Assembly: GCA_002269645.1 (NCBI GenBank)
Contig: NIVC01001067.1
Span: 3,946-67,945 of the forward strand
Reading direction: 5' to 3'
Length of the DNA: 64,000 bases
From: Macrostomum lignano
Taxonomy: Eukaryota
Shown here: positions 36,845 to 48,721 of the stretch, piece after piece
How positions within the stretch are numbered: position 1 is the stretch's first letter
Layout: the number at the start of each line of letters is the position of its first letter
Position numbers and translations under genes: made by a program
Notes under the pieces: model-generated
What the model was told of the DNA's origin: nothing
Databases searched by the model: none
What the model saw: the letters and a program-made list of their open reading frames with translations, nothing else

Positions 36845-37128
36845 AGGTACAAGGGTAGATTGGTAGCTGAATTGGTAGATAAAACGGTAGATACAGGGGT
36901 AGATTGGTAGCTGAATTGGTAGATAAAACGGTAGATACAGGGGTAGATTGGTAGCTGAATTGGTAGATAAAACGGTAGATACAGGGGTAGATTGGTAGCT
37001 GAATTGGTAGATAAAACGGTAGATACAAGGGTAGATTGGTAGCTAAATTGGTAGATAAAACGGTAGATACAGGGGTAGATTGGTAGCTGAATTGGTAGAT
37101 AAAACGGTAGATACAGGGGTAGATTGGT
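36845..37128. repeat. 44-bp minisatellite, ~6-7 copies
   Basis: AGATTGGTAGCTGAATTGGTAGATAAAACGGTAGATACAGGGGT, with period 44 at 36901/36945/36989. Confidence 0.93.
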
Positions 37129-37296
37129 GCGAGCTAGCTCTAGAATAATAGAAAGCAGGCACTTCCGTTACTCAATTAACACTGGGACAATATCTCCTAC
37201 CTAGTACTAATGAAACACACACATGCAGATAAAATGTAAACTACCCTGCAATAAAAAAGCAGACAAAAATAAAACAGAATCCTCAAGCAAGCAGAG

Positions 37297-40167
37297 TTAC
37301 AGCAGGCTGCAGCAGCACCGGCAGTAGCGCCGCCGCCTCGGCTCCGGCTGGCCCGGCGGGGTCACCGGCGCAAAGTACGCGTGCACTTTTAAATTAGGCA
37401 GATGGCCGACTAAACGGCGAATGCCGGATCGTGTGATCTGCTGGCAGTCGTACAGGTCGATCTGCTGCAGGGCGTGACAGGCGACCAGGTGCTCCAGTGC
37501 GGTGTCCGTGATATGGGGGCAATTATCCAGCTCGAGCACCTGGGGAATGGCATGATTAATAAATCTCAATATCATCTGAAATCTCAAGATTCTCCCATAT
37601 CAATACCACCAAAAATCCCAATATCCATCTCAATATCCTCAAAAATCCCACAATTTTCCCATCTCAATATCATTTAAGATCCCAAGATTCCCCAATCTCA
37701 ATATCATCTAAAATCCCAAGATTCTCCCATCTCAATATCATCTAAAATCCCAAGATTCTCCCATCTCATCTTATAATCTAAAATCCCAAGATTCTCCCAT
37801 CTCAATATCATCCAAAATCCCAAGATTCTCCCATCTCATCTTATAATCTAAAATCCCAAGATTCTCCCATCTCAATATCATCTAAAATCCCAAGATTCTT
37901 CCATCTCAATATCATCCAAAATCCCAAGATTCTCCCATCTCAATATCATCTAAAATCCCAAGATTCTCCCATCTCATCTTATAATCCAAAATCCCAAGAT
38001 TCTCCTATCTCAATATCATCCAAAATCCCAAGATTCTCCCATCTCAATATCATCCAAAATCCCAAGATTCTCCTATCTCAATATCACCCGAAATCCCAAG
38101 ATTCTCCTATATCAATATCATCCAGAATCCCAAGATTCTCCTATCTCAATATCATCCAAAATCCCAAGATTCTCCTATCTCAATATCATCCAACATCCCA
38201 AGATCCTCACATCTCCATATCATTTCAAATCACAATATCCATCTCAATACAATCTACTCGTAAAATCTCAATATCCGTCTTAATATCATAAAAAATCTCA
38301 TAAAATTCTCCCACCTCAATATCATCCAAGATCCCAAGAATCTTTAATATTAATATCATCTACGAGGGGCGTCCGGAAAGTAGTGTTACTTTTGCTTGGT
38401 GTGGACGTATGGACAGTCACACTTGCATGTGCTTGGTGTCATTTGAAAGCGGCAAGTCTCTTCTTTAAAATGACACCAATTGCAAGAGATTTGAATCTGT
38501 GCTTCAAGAGATATGGACGATTAAGTAGAGAAAGGTCAGTCATAGACTTACAGAACCTCAAAAATGTCAACAGAAAACTTTTATCACGAGCGTAATTACT
38601 CCAGAAAAAAACAAAAAACACAACAGAAGCAGGTGAAACAGATAACAAGCAAATTATCACACAAGCGAAAAACATTAAAATCATTCATTGGTTGGCAGAC
38701 TTGTCATCTTGCTGACAGCATGGTCGCCATGAGCTGTGCAAAGTTGCCTGTGGATGTCAGCCGATTTGGTTCTGGAGCTCCAAAGTGTAAAGATGGCATG
38801 TCGCTGCCCAGTCTTTGAATGCACATCCATTTGCAGTTCACAATTGAAAATTGAATGTCAATAAACTTTGCAGGCGCAGCAGAAGCAGTTTTACAAGTCT
38901 CGTAGTTTTATGAGACAGCCCCTCTGCCTCTCGTTCACTGCATCACATTTGGCCATAGACAGCCCATGATTACGAAAAAAATCAATAAACTCGTAAAAGT
39001 TTTCTGCTGACATTTTTGAGGTTCTGTAAGTCTATGACTGACCTTTCTCTACTTAATCGTCCATATCTCTTGAAGCACAGATTCAAATCTCTTGCAATTG
39101 GTGTCATTTTAAAGAAGAGACTTGCCGCTTTCAAATGACACCAAGCACATGCAAGTGTGACTGTCCATACGTCCACACCAAGCAAAAGTAACACTACTTT
39201 CAGGACGCCCCTCGTAACATCCCACCCAAGATTATCCCATCGCAATATGATACAAAAATCCCACAATTATCTATCTTACTATCATAAAAATACCACACGA
39301 TTCTCCCATCCCAATATAATAAAAAATCCCGTAATCCCACATACTAATACTATGGAGAATCTCTCCAGAAGCCCCCAACCCTCACCTGCAGACTCTCGGG
39401 AGCGCACAGGCCGCCAGCCAGCTGTCGAATGCCATCGTCCGTTAGCAACTCGCAATAGGACAGCGTGAGTATGCGCAGGTGAGAGCAGTGGGCCGCCAAT
39501 GCAGCCAAAGTGATGTCGGTCACCTGGACGCAGTCTTCAAGGTCGAGCCGTTCTAGCTGGGGACAGCCGCGAGCCAGCGCCTTATTTGGGTGACAAAGGT
39601 GTGGATTCATCAGTGCAGGGTGCGGGCATCTAGCCATCTAGTTTTAGTAACTATAAATCAATATGAATGGAAATACTTACGGATATTTTTCTAAAGTGGC
39701 GTGGTTATTTGTGACAATTATTATAATTTACTTTCTCCACCTATCTGCGTACTAGTACTTTAACGTAGTTGTGTCCCATTGTCTGTCTGTCTGTCCTAGT
39801 CTGTTATAGTGTCTCTATCTGTCTGTCTGTCTGTCTGTCTGTCTGCCTGTCCTAGTCTGCTATAGTGTCTCTATCTGTCTGTCTGTCTGTCTGTCTGCCT
39901 GTCCTAGTCTGTTATAGTGTCTCTATCTGTCTGTCTGTCTGTCTGTCTGTCTGCCTGTCCTAGTCTGTTATAGTGTCTCTATCTGTCTGTCTGTCTGTCT
40001 GTCCTAGTCTGTTATAGTGTCTCTATCTGTCTGCCTGTCTGTCTGTCTGTCCGCCTGTCCGCCTGTCTGTCTGTCTGTCTGTCCGCCCGTCTGTCTGTCT
40101 GTCTGCCTGTCTGTCCTAGTCTGTTATAGTGTCTCTATCTGTCTGCCCGTCTGTCTGTCTGTCCGCA

Positions 40168-40227
<60 letters not shown>

Positions 40228-40476
40228 CGCCTGTCTGTCTGTCTGTCTGTCCTAGTCTGTTATAGTGTCTCTATCTGTCTGTCTGTCTGTCTGTCTATTA
40301 TAGTGTCTCTATATCTGTCTGTCTGTCTGTCGGTCTGTCTGTCTGCCTGCCTGTCTGTCTATCCGCCTGTCTGTCTGTCTGTCTGCCTGTCTGTCTGTCT
40401 GTCCTAGTCTGTTATAGTGTCTCTATCTGTCTGTCTGTCTGTTCTAGTCTGTTATAGTGTCTCTATCTGTCTGCCC

Positions 40477-40535
<59 letters not shown>

Positions 40536-42011
40536 CGCCTGTCTGTCTGTCTGTCTGTCCTAGTCTGTTATAGTGTCTCTATCTGTCTGTCTGTCTATTA
40601 TAGTGTCTCTATATCTGTCTGTCTGTCTGTCGGCCTGTCTGTCTGCCTGCCTGTCTGTCTATCCGCCTGTCTGTCTGCCTGTCCGCCTGTCTGTGTGCCT
40701 GTCTGTCCGCCTGCCGGTCTGTCTGCCCCAAGTTGCAGTCAACCAGCCTGTGCACCCCAGTCGCACACCTGGAAGCCGGAATCGCTGAGCAGCCGGCAGC
40801 CGGCAACCTCCAGATTCCTGAGCTGGCCGCAGCCGGCAGCCAATCCGATCATGCCCGTGTCGGTCACGTGACCACAGTGGGACAGGCAGAGAGTGCGCAG
40901 CTCCGGACAATTGGCCCCCAAAGCTTGCATCGCCTCGTCGCGTATATTGTGACCGCACTCGTACAGCGATAGGACTCGGAGGCCGGTGCAGTGGCGGCTG
41001 AGCTCGGCAACGCCATGGCTGGTGATGTCGCGGCAGCCGCGCAGCTGCAGGGCCGCGAGATGGCGGCAGGACTGCGCCAAGCGGGTCAGGCCTTCGTCGC
41101 TGATGTTGCACCAGGACATGTCAAGTTCCACTAGGCGCTCGCACCTGGGTTGGGGGGGGGATTTTATGGTTAGACACCTGTGCCGATTCGAAATCCTAAA
41201 GTCGCGACTGTAAATCCCAAAGTCCCGACTCTAAATCCCAAAGTCCCGACTCTAAATCCCAAAGTCCCGACTCTAAATCCCAAAGTCCTACCTCTAAATC
41301 CCAAAGTCCTAACTCTAAATCCCAAAGTCCTACCTCTAAATCCCAAAGTCCTAACTCTAAATCCCAAAGTCCTACCTCTAAATCCCAAAGTCCTAACTTA
41401 AATAGTAACTCAAAATCCCGATTCTAAATATCAAAGAACTTAACTTACTTAGCCAAATATCGAACGCCATCGTCCGAGATATTAGAGATGGAATTGACCT
41501 TGAGACTGAGCAGATTCTGGCAGCTCCTGATGTGCTTGCAGGCCTCGTTAGTCAGCTTGCGACAGTCTGACAGATTCAACCTTTCCAAATTAACGCAATG
41601 ATAGCTGAAGGCTCGCATAGCAGAATCATTTAAATTTTGACAGCCGCGCAGATTTAAACTGCGCAAGAAACCGCCGCAACGTTTCGCCAGCGTTTCAACC
41701 ATTGCGCCAGTGATGTCTTTGCCGTATTCGAATAAGCTCACATTCTGCCAGATGCTGCCGTCGAAGGCCAGCTGATGCCAGAACTTGCACACCTGCGAGC
41801 AGCGGCACAGAGTGACCAAGTCCAGGTGGCTGAACACTCGCAAGATGATCTCTTTGGGCAGGCGCTCGTTGATGTTTGGCGGATCAACTGACAGGAGGGA
41901 CACGGAGCCAAACTTGCTGCCAGGGCCGCTTCCGCCGCCACCATTTCCGCTTGGCCCGGCGCCATTTCCACTGTTGCCATTTGAGTATGGCGGCACTTGG
42001 TAGCCGTTCAT
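37297..42011 (-). CDS. FBXL20: F-box/LRR-repeat protein 2/20 orthologue. Exons (minus): 41449-42011, 40769-41144, 39386-39580, 37297-37539; 458 aa
   Basis: Total 1377 nt. It has an F-box (INERLPKEIILRVFSHLDLVTLCRCSQVCKFWHQLAFDGSIWQ), LAKRCGGFLRSLNLRGC and cysteine-containing LRRs. The C-terminus LKVHAYFAPVTPP...RYCRCCCSLL ends in a CaaL prenylation motif as in FBXL2/FBXL20; it cannot be assigned to one vertebrate paralogue. Confidence 0.95.
37560..39350. repeat. 34/36-bp minisatellite (ATCCCAAGATTCTCCCATCTCAATATCATCTAAA) interrupted by a MITE
   Basis: The array runs 37560-38360 and related degenerate units resume at 39217-39350. Confidence 0.88.
38363..39214. mobile_element. Tc1/mariner-type MITE, 852 bp, ~220-bp terminal inverted repeats, TA target-site duplication
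   Basis: TA|CGAGGGGCGTCCGGAAAGTAGTGTTACTTTTGC... at the left end and ...GCAAAAGTAACACTACTTTCAGGACGCCCCTCG|TA at the right end. The arms stay complementary to ~38584 and ~38990. No transposase ORF. Confidence 0.93.
39781..40725. repeat. (CTGT)n-based compound repeat with recurring CCTAGTCTGTTATAGTGTCTCTAT units, FBXL20 intron
   Basis: Direct inspection. Confidence 0.93.
41190..41400. repeat. 21-bp minisatellite (AAATCCCAAAGTCCCGACTCT), FBXL20 intron 41145-41448
   Basis: About 10 copies. Confidence 0.93.
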
Positions 42012-42282
42012 GACGGGAAGAATTTAAGCTGGCTGTAAGGCACAGCAGAATTGATCAATATTTGAATGCGAATTTCAATTGAATTTTAAAGACAAATGCA
42101 GATTTCAATAGATTTCAAAAAGTAATAATAATTTTGTTGTAACGCCTAAAATATCAGAGTTATTGAACTGCAACTGGTTTCATTAAAAAACATTTTTGTT
42201 CTTTATATGACAGAGTTTTGGTTCTTCTAAAGTGATTGATGTCGGCATGGTGACGCTCTAATCACAGTATACCCTTTGAGCA

Positions 42283-42592
42283 ATGGAAAATAAAAAAATC
42301 GAAGCTCGCACTAAGGTGAAGTTTCTTGTAAAACCTGGTTGTAAGCCAACCGAAATCATTGACGCTTTGAAGAAGGTCTATGGGGACACTGCTCCCTCAA
42401 ATCCGACCATTTACCGCTGCATTCAGGCTTTTAAGGCCAAGAGTCAATGGAAGACGCCCAGCGGTCTAGAAGGCCCACAACATCGCGCACAGAGGAAAAT
42501 GTGGCAGCTGTGCAACAGGTGATTGAGTGAGCAGGATCGGCGCGTGACCATAGACAATACTGCTGACCAAGTGGGCATCTCTCATGGCATCA
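42283..42592 (+). pseudogene. Decayed mariner transposase N-terminus (HTH DNA-binding region), frameshifted and truncated
   Basis: MENKKIEARTKVKFLVKPGCKPTEIIDALKKVYGDTAPSNPTIYRCIQAFK continues in other frames as ESMEDAQRSRRPTTSRTEENVAAVQQVIE and QDRRVTIDNTADQVGISHG, the typical mariner paired-HTH pattern. No DDD domain. Confidence 0.85.
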
Positions 42593-45500
42593 ATCAATAA
42601 TTCAAAGGCATACTAAATGCCAGATACATAAGGCTGTACAAGCTACATAAGTAAGCCAAATAGAATAATGCAGTTGATTAGAATGTCTGCTATGCTTGGC
42701 CTGAAGGGAAGTGTAAGTCAGTGTATTTGCTACCATTCTAATTTTTTTAGACTTTTATATGTATATTACTAACCATACCCTAATCTATTAACATCTAGGT
42801 CAGATAATAAAATGTCTTGTTTTGTCTCTAAAAGGAGCAACTAATTTCATTTGCATCAAAGTTACATACTCTAATCTGGTAAGAACATGGCTAGAGCAAA
42901 TTGCATAGTAGCCCAATTTATAGCCAGCTGTGGCTATGCATTATAGTGGGTCTGCAATATCAATTTAACCTAACACTGATAGTGACACCCCAGCTCCAAG
43001 TCATGATTCCATATAAAAGCAACCCCTGAAACTTTATGATACTAGCTAATTACTATTGAAACCAAACAATGTACCCATTTGCTGCAGCTATAGGCAGCTG
43101 AATGAAGCAGGATAATGTCAATAAGCTCTAGCAGGCTTGCTGTTTTAGTTTGCAGGTAAGTATTGACAGTTATTGAATGGAGGATTATGGGTATATAAAA
43201 TAATTGTGAAAATGATGATATATCATTGTCAGTAGAATGAATAAAAGCAAATACTTAAGCCGTCTATTAACATTTGAATATACTTTTTTTAAATAGTAAG
43301 AAAGTGTAGTGCTATTAGGAATGCATCACAATCTATAGGCAAAAGAGACTATTGGGATCCCACTGCAGCCCCCAGAGTACTGAGTATATATAAACATCAA
43401 TAATTGTTTTTTAAATATTTTTATTAGGATTGCTTATTAAATATAAGATTAGGTATATAAATTCCTTCAAGTGGATAAGATCAAGCTAGTTATTTAATGG
43501 AGAAGTCAGTCTTCATTATGGTTAACATTATCAATATGAGCCAAGCAATTGCAAATCAGCCTCTGAAGATTCTTTACTGAAGGTATGCACCCTAGAGCAT
43601 GGTTTATGACATAGAAGTATTTTAGCTTCTCTAGTTGAGTTGTGAGCCCCAAGAAGTGCATCTTATTTGTGTCCAATAGTGCTGCTATTATGTTGGGTTG
43701 CCACAATAGAGTGGCATGTTAGCTACAACAAGGCCAAGCCAGCTACCCTGTGTTGATAGAGTTGCACTGCACAGTGCATAGGCACAGCATGTATCCATGA
43801 TATATATGACTTCTGTCAGGTGATAATTATGGTAAATGACTAGCTATATAGTCTTATTGCCTACCTGAGGACATTAAAGAATTGAAGCTACTAGAAAAAC
43901 AGTTGAATTATTTAAGAGATAAGACTTGGTTTAGTAGTATCTCACTCAAGTAGGAATCCAAAGAAAATATTAACCCCAAGGGCATCACATATTCTAATTA
44001 TGAAAATACACATTTATTTGATCCCTAGTTATTTCTATGTATAATTTTGAAAAAGTTATATAATCACTAGTTATATAAAACCTCTAAAAAAGTTGAGCTT
44101 AATGTCAAGCATTATTTATATGATTTTTCACATTACCTGCAAGATATGCACCCTGAGCATTTTATCAATGTCAAGTGGCTTAGGTACTACATGGCAGTCA
44201 GTTGCATTTCTGTTTTCAAGAATCAAATGCCACCTAAGCTATAGACAATAGTAATACTTAAGCTATTGCTTAAAGAGTATATAGCACAGGCTTTTTACTG
44301 ACATTGGCAATTATGCAAAATATGCTAGGCATCATAGCATAACACTAAACAAGGCTTTATAGTAGTAAATTTGTTTTCATCTTGATTTTTGTATCATTTC
44401 CCATGTTTATTGTAGCATCTTTACTTTATTCATATCCTTAACCTCACCTAAGTAGGCATGGCTTATATCTACTTGACCTAAGAAACCATGGCAAAGTGGC
44501 CCTAATTGAACTGCAGTCCATATTGCTTAATAACTATAGAAAGCTTTGCAAAACTGTCTATGGAGCAATTACAATGGGCTCCTAGACCTAAACTAAGAAC
44601 TGGAGTCATTGGATACACCTACTATTGACCAAATAGGTTCCAACTAAATGAATAGTTTCTGCCCAAACATGAGCTGAAGTTGCTACAGCTTGCTTGACTT
44701 CTATGTTGACAATCCTACTTATTGACCAGCGAACTCTGTGCATCAATTGATTCAAAATTTGGCTAACTGGTTCCCTGATTGGCCAACTGAGCCCATGTAT
44801 TCAAATAGCTAAAATACTCTCCTAGCTATTAATAAGATAGCATGATTCAAAAACAAATAACTTACTTGCTCATTTACTTATCTTTGATCTAGCATCTGAG
44901 ATGCTAGTCCTAAGCCAAGGTGAAGCCTTTACCAAGTATGACCATAAAAGCATTAAATGGCTTGGTCACTTTATTGTGAAATTTTAGTTTTGGCTCGCCA
45001 AGTGCAAACATGACTTCAATCTAGACAAGCTTAAAAGAACAATTGACATTAGAATAATCTAGTTTTTGCTCTAAAGTGATATACTTCTACAATAGCAAAA
45101 CATTTGGCTAATGTGCTTTTTTGCTTATAGCTACATGAAATTCTAAAGACTAGCCACTCTTATTATATTTAGCAAATATTTTTCCACTTTTATTATAGAC
45201 AGCTCCATTATTAAGCAAAGTTTCTTATTTTTTATCAAGCAAAATTGAGTGCAATCAACTAGAAATAAAAAAGTATATCTTAATATTGTACAAGAGTTTT
45301 CTATATGATTATGCCATTGTACTATAAGAGCACAATGCCTAACACAAGTGCTACTAGAATCTATTAGAAGTTGATATCAATAAAGTTTGTCAATACCATT
45401 GCCTATGGTATGACAACTAAAGCATTTAACTCAATGATACATATAAAAAGTCAAAATGAAAGAAGATGAACTTTATTAACACTATTGTTATATGCTTTCT

Positions 45501-46011
45501 ATTTTGTAGCAATTTTATTATTCAATAAATAAAATGTTGCTTTACTAGATTAGATGCCTTTCTATTATAATAAGATTTTAAAGTACAATTTTTATGAGAT
45601 ATTGCAAGTCATGCAAAGAGTTCTTGTGAGAGAAGCTCATATTTCTCTTCTCCATTCTTTATCTTTTCTCCCTCCTTTGGCTTGCAATCATCAGGGACTC
45701 CTGAGCGCATTTTGCTTAGGGGCCCAGCAAAGTAGACCTAGAAGGGCAGTCATTGCGCTAGGTTCTAAATTTGGCCCTTGAGATAAAAAGTTTGCTGACC
45801 CACATGTAAAAGCACTAGGCTTAGGAACATGGCCATTGTGCAGTCCACCAATTGTTATAACTCCATAGAGAACTTTATAGCAGTTCTCAATGCATTTTGA
45901 TAGTAGAAATACCCAGTCCATCTTATATAGTTGCATGTATGGTCGCATAAGACACAAATACTCAAGATTCATTAATGCCCAGACACATGAATGCATATGC
46001 AAGTGCGCATC

Positions 46012-46589
46012 CAGTGGTGTGATTGGAAAGTTTGCCAAATTTCGCACCGACTGAAAATTTTCGCGCCATGCCAATAATATTCTACTGACAGCCAAATAAG
46101 TCAATAGATGATACTTTTGAAGATGTGTCTGGCTACCAATTAGCATGTCTCTCAAGTCCCAGCCATGTCCCGCCTGAACTTCTTGTTGGCAATGTCTTGG
46201 GCAGACGACTGCTCGTGCTGGTGATTGACGACGTAGATAGCAGCTCAGCAGCCTTGCGCTTCAAGACAAGCTCAGCTAGCTTCTCTGCCTCCTTCTGCTT
46301 CTTCTTCTGCACATTCTGCTGCTGACACCTCAGTTCTTCAATCTTGGTGTCCTTGCTCTTGGTGGCCGCCATCAACTCGTGAAGCAGCAGTTAGATTAAT
46401 CTCTTAGACCTAAGCTATGACATTCTTGTATTTCATACTGTCTGACAAGAGAATAAGTGTAAAAAGCAGAAAATAAGAATGCAATTTTTGCGCCCATGGT
46501 TCCACAAAATTTTGCGCCAGACCCCTAAGATTTACACATTTGCGCCATTTTCGCGCCTGGCGCGAATTTGCGCCTGAATCACACCACTG
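46012..46589. mobile_element. Non-autonomous hAT-like element, 578 bp, carrying a coding remnant (46133-46380, minus)
   Basis: 13-bp TIR CAGTGGTGTGATT at both ends; imperfect 8-bp TSD TGCGCATC / TACGCATC; subterminal TTCGCGCC/TGGCGCAAA repeats. Confidence 0.8.
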
Positions 46590-48721
46590 TACGCATCATT
46601 AATGCCCAGATAGTATGAGTGCGTATGGGTAACACATTTGTATAGAATATTTTGCATCGAAACATTTAACCTAATGGAGTCTGGTATTGCAAAATTGCAA
46701 AATTTAATCATTTAAAAAAATATCGCAATAAATAAAACAAGTCATCAATATAATTATAATCGTAAGCGATACAAGATTATGCAGCTATGTCAGCCACATA
46801 TGCGTATCATTCATATAATGAAAATTTTGGTCACTTTGTCAACAAGCAAATGGGAAAGATTGGTCACTTTGTTAACCACCAGTAAAGCCACCCTAATACT
46901 TTGGTCACTTTGTCAACCAAGTTGACAAAATACCAGTTGACAAAATGACTATTACCCATGATTGGCCAGCTGTTGTGAGCATTATTATGATCCTTATTCC
47001 CTAGCCCCACCTCTATCCAATGATGATAATATATTTGCTGTCTAGCTGCAAAGTTTATTCATAACTTGTAAACAAAAAGTTAAGTAGTACATTGGTCCAG
47101 TCAAGTCAACATTTAATTAGGTCTTTTGGGTAGCCTAATATTTTTAAATATATTTGTACACTTTAAAAAATCATGATTTCATTATCTTTACTTTAACAGT
47201 TAAAATTCTTTTAAGAGACACAGTCTAAATGATTTTTAATATTGTATACTGATATTGTTATTTGTTAATATTGTAACATGAATATTGATATCATATTTAA
47301 TATTTTATTAGTAGACAAATGACTGCACTGTATTTTTGAAGATGAAAGAGTGGTAGACAAACTAGCAGCAGATGAAACAACTATCAACCTTAACTTTGTC
47401 TAACTTGGAATATTCTAACCAAGTTGTTCTAACTCATAATTCAACCATAATGATATTAGACCTACAAGTCAGAACAACAATTGTAAAAACTGTATTACGA
47501 GTTGTAATAATGGTTAAAGCATTCCAAGTCTGAGTTAAGAGGTTAGAGGTATAGTATTTAAGAATTTAAATTTCTTTCACATAAGCCTAAGGCTTAAAAG
47601 CAGACTTGGCATGGTTCTAGTTTACTTCGTTATATTCCAACTGTGCAAAATAATTTAACACAGTAAACTAGAACTATGCCGCAGACTTTACACAAGAGTT
47701 TCTAAAAACTAAAAAGTAAAAGTGTCTTTGCAAAGTAAATTAGCAATTAGCATTAAACAAAATAAATTTACATAAGCTAAAGACCTTAAGCATGGGAGGA
47801 ACAAAATAGTTAGAGTAGGCCCCTAGTTCAGAATAAGACATTATCACAATGAAAAACATAGTATGTGTCCTATCCTATATAGCATTATAGCAATAAGGTG
47901 ACACTGACGTCTGTCAACAAAGTGATTGAGCAACTAAACAGTCACATACTTGAGGGGACTGCTGGGTAAATGTTGAGTTATCCTCTTAGCTAGCGCTCTT
48001 AAATTGAAGCCTTAAAATTGAAAGAAGAGTTCGTGCTGCAATGTACAAATCATGTAAATTTTTAAATGGCGGTTGTGGTTGTGAGAACATCAAACACTAA
48101 CATTAGGCCTAAGTCTAACTTGATGTGATTATCTAGTGATTTAAAAGTACATGTACAGCAGTATTAGTGTCTCGAATTTATACTTTCGAGACCATTAATT
48201 AGTGTTTTATTTGCATATCTATTGTTACATTATAATCTTTGAAAATTATACAGCTATACATGTTTTACACTCTTACAGTAGGAGCCGTTTAACCCTTTAC
48301 AGAAATATATCTTTTTGTTCACCTTTTTCTTAGAAATTAAACAAGCGGAGAAACAAAAAGTAGCAAACCAAATCAAGGTATTTTTCTAAAAAATTAAAAA
48401 AAGTAGTATTAAAAATAATATTTATATACAAAACCTTAAAAATCAATTAAAATGATAAAGCTAATTTAAAAATTATTTTGTATTATACGAATACTAATCG
48501 ATTAAAACACGTACAAGAAAACTGCACCCAAATATCTTATGAGTAGAAATAGAAACTCAAAGAGCCAGCGAGAGAGCTATTTCCAGGCCAACCAATTAGA
48601 GTTCTAGAAAATTCTAGGCAATCTTTTGATATTAGCTAATTTACAAAAGGTAACTAAAGTTGTTAAACCCCAACTAGATTGCTAATTGTTCTTCATACAG
48701 ACGTACAGTGCATCGAGTGCA

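Noticed and set aside
46825-46960. Repeated TGGTCACTTTGTCAAC / GTTGACAAAA motifs, like a MITE end
   Set aside because: Only one end is visible and no TSD, so it is too fragmentary to define.
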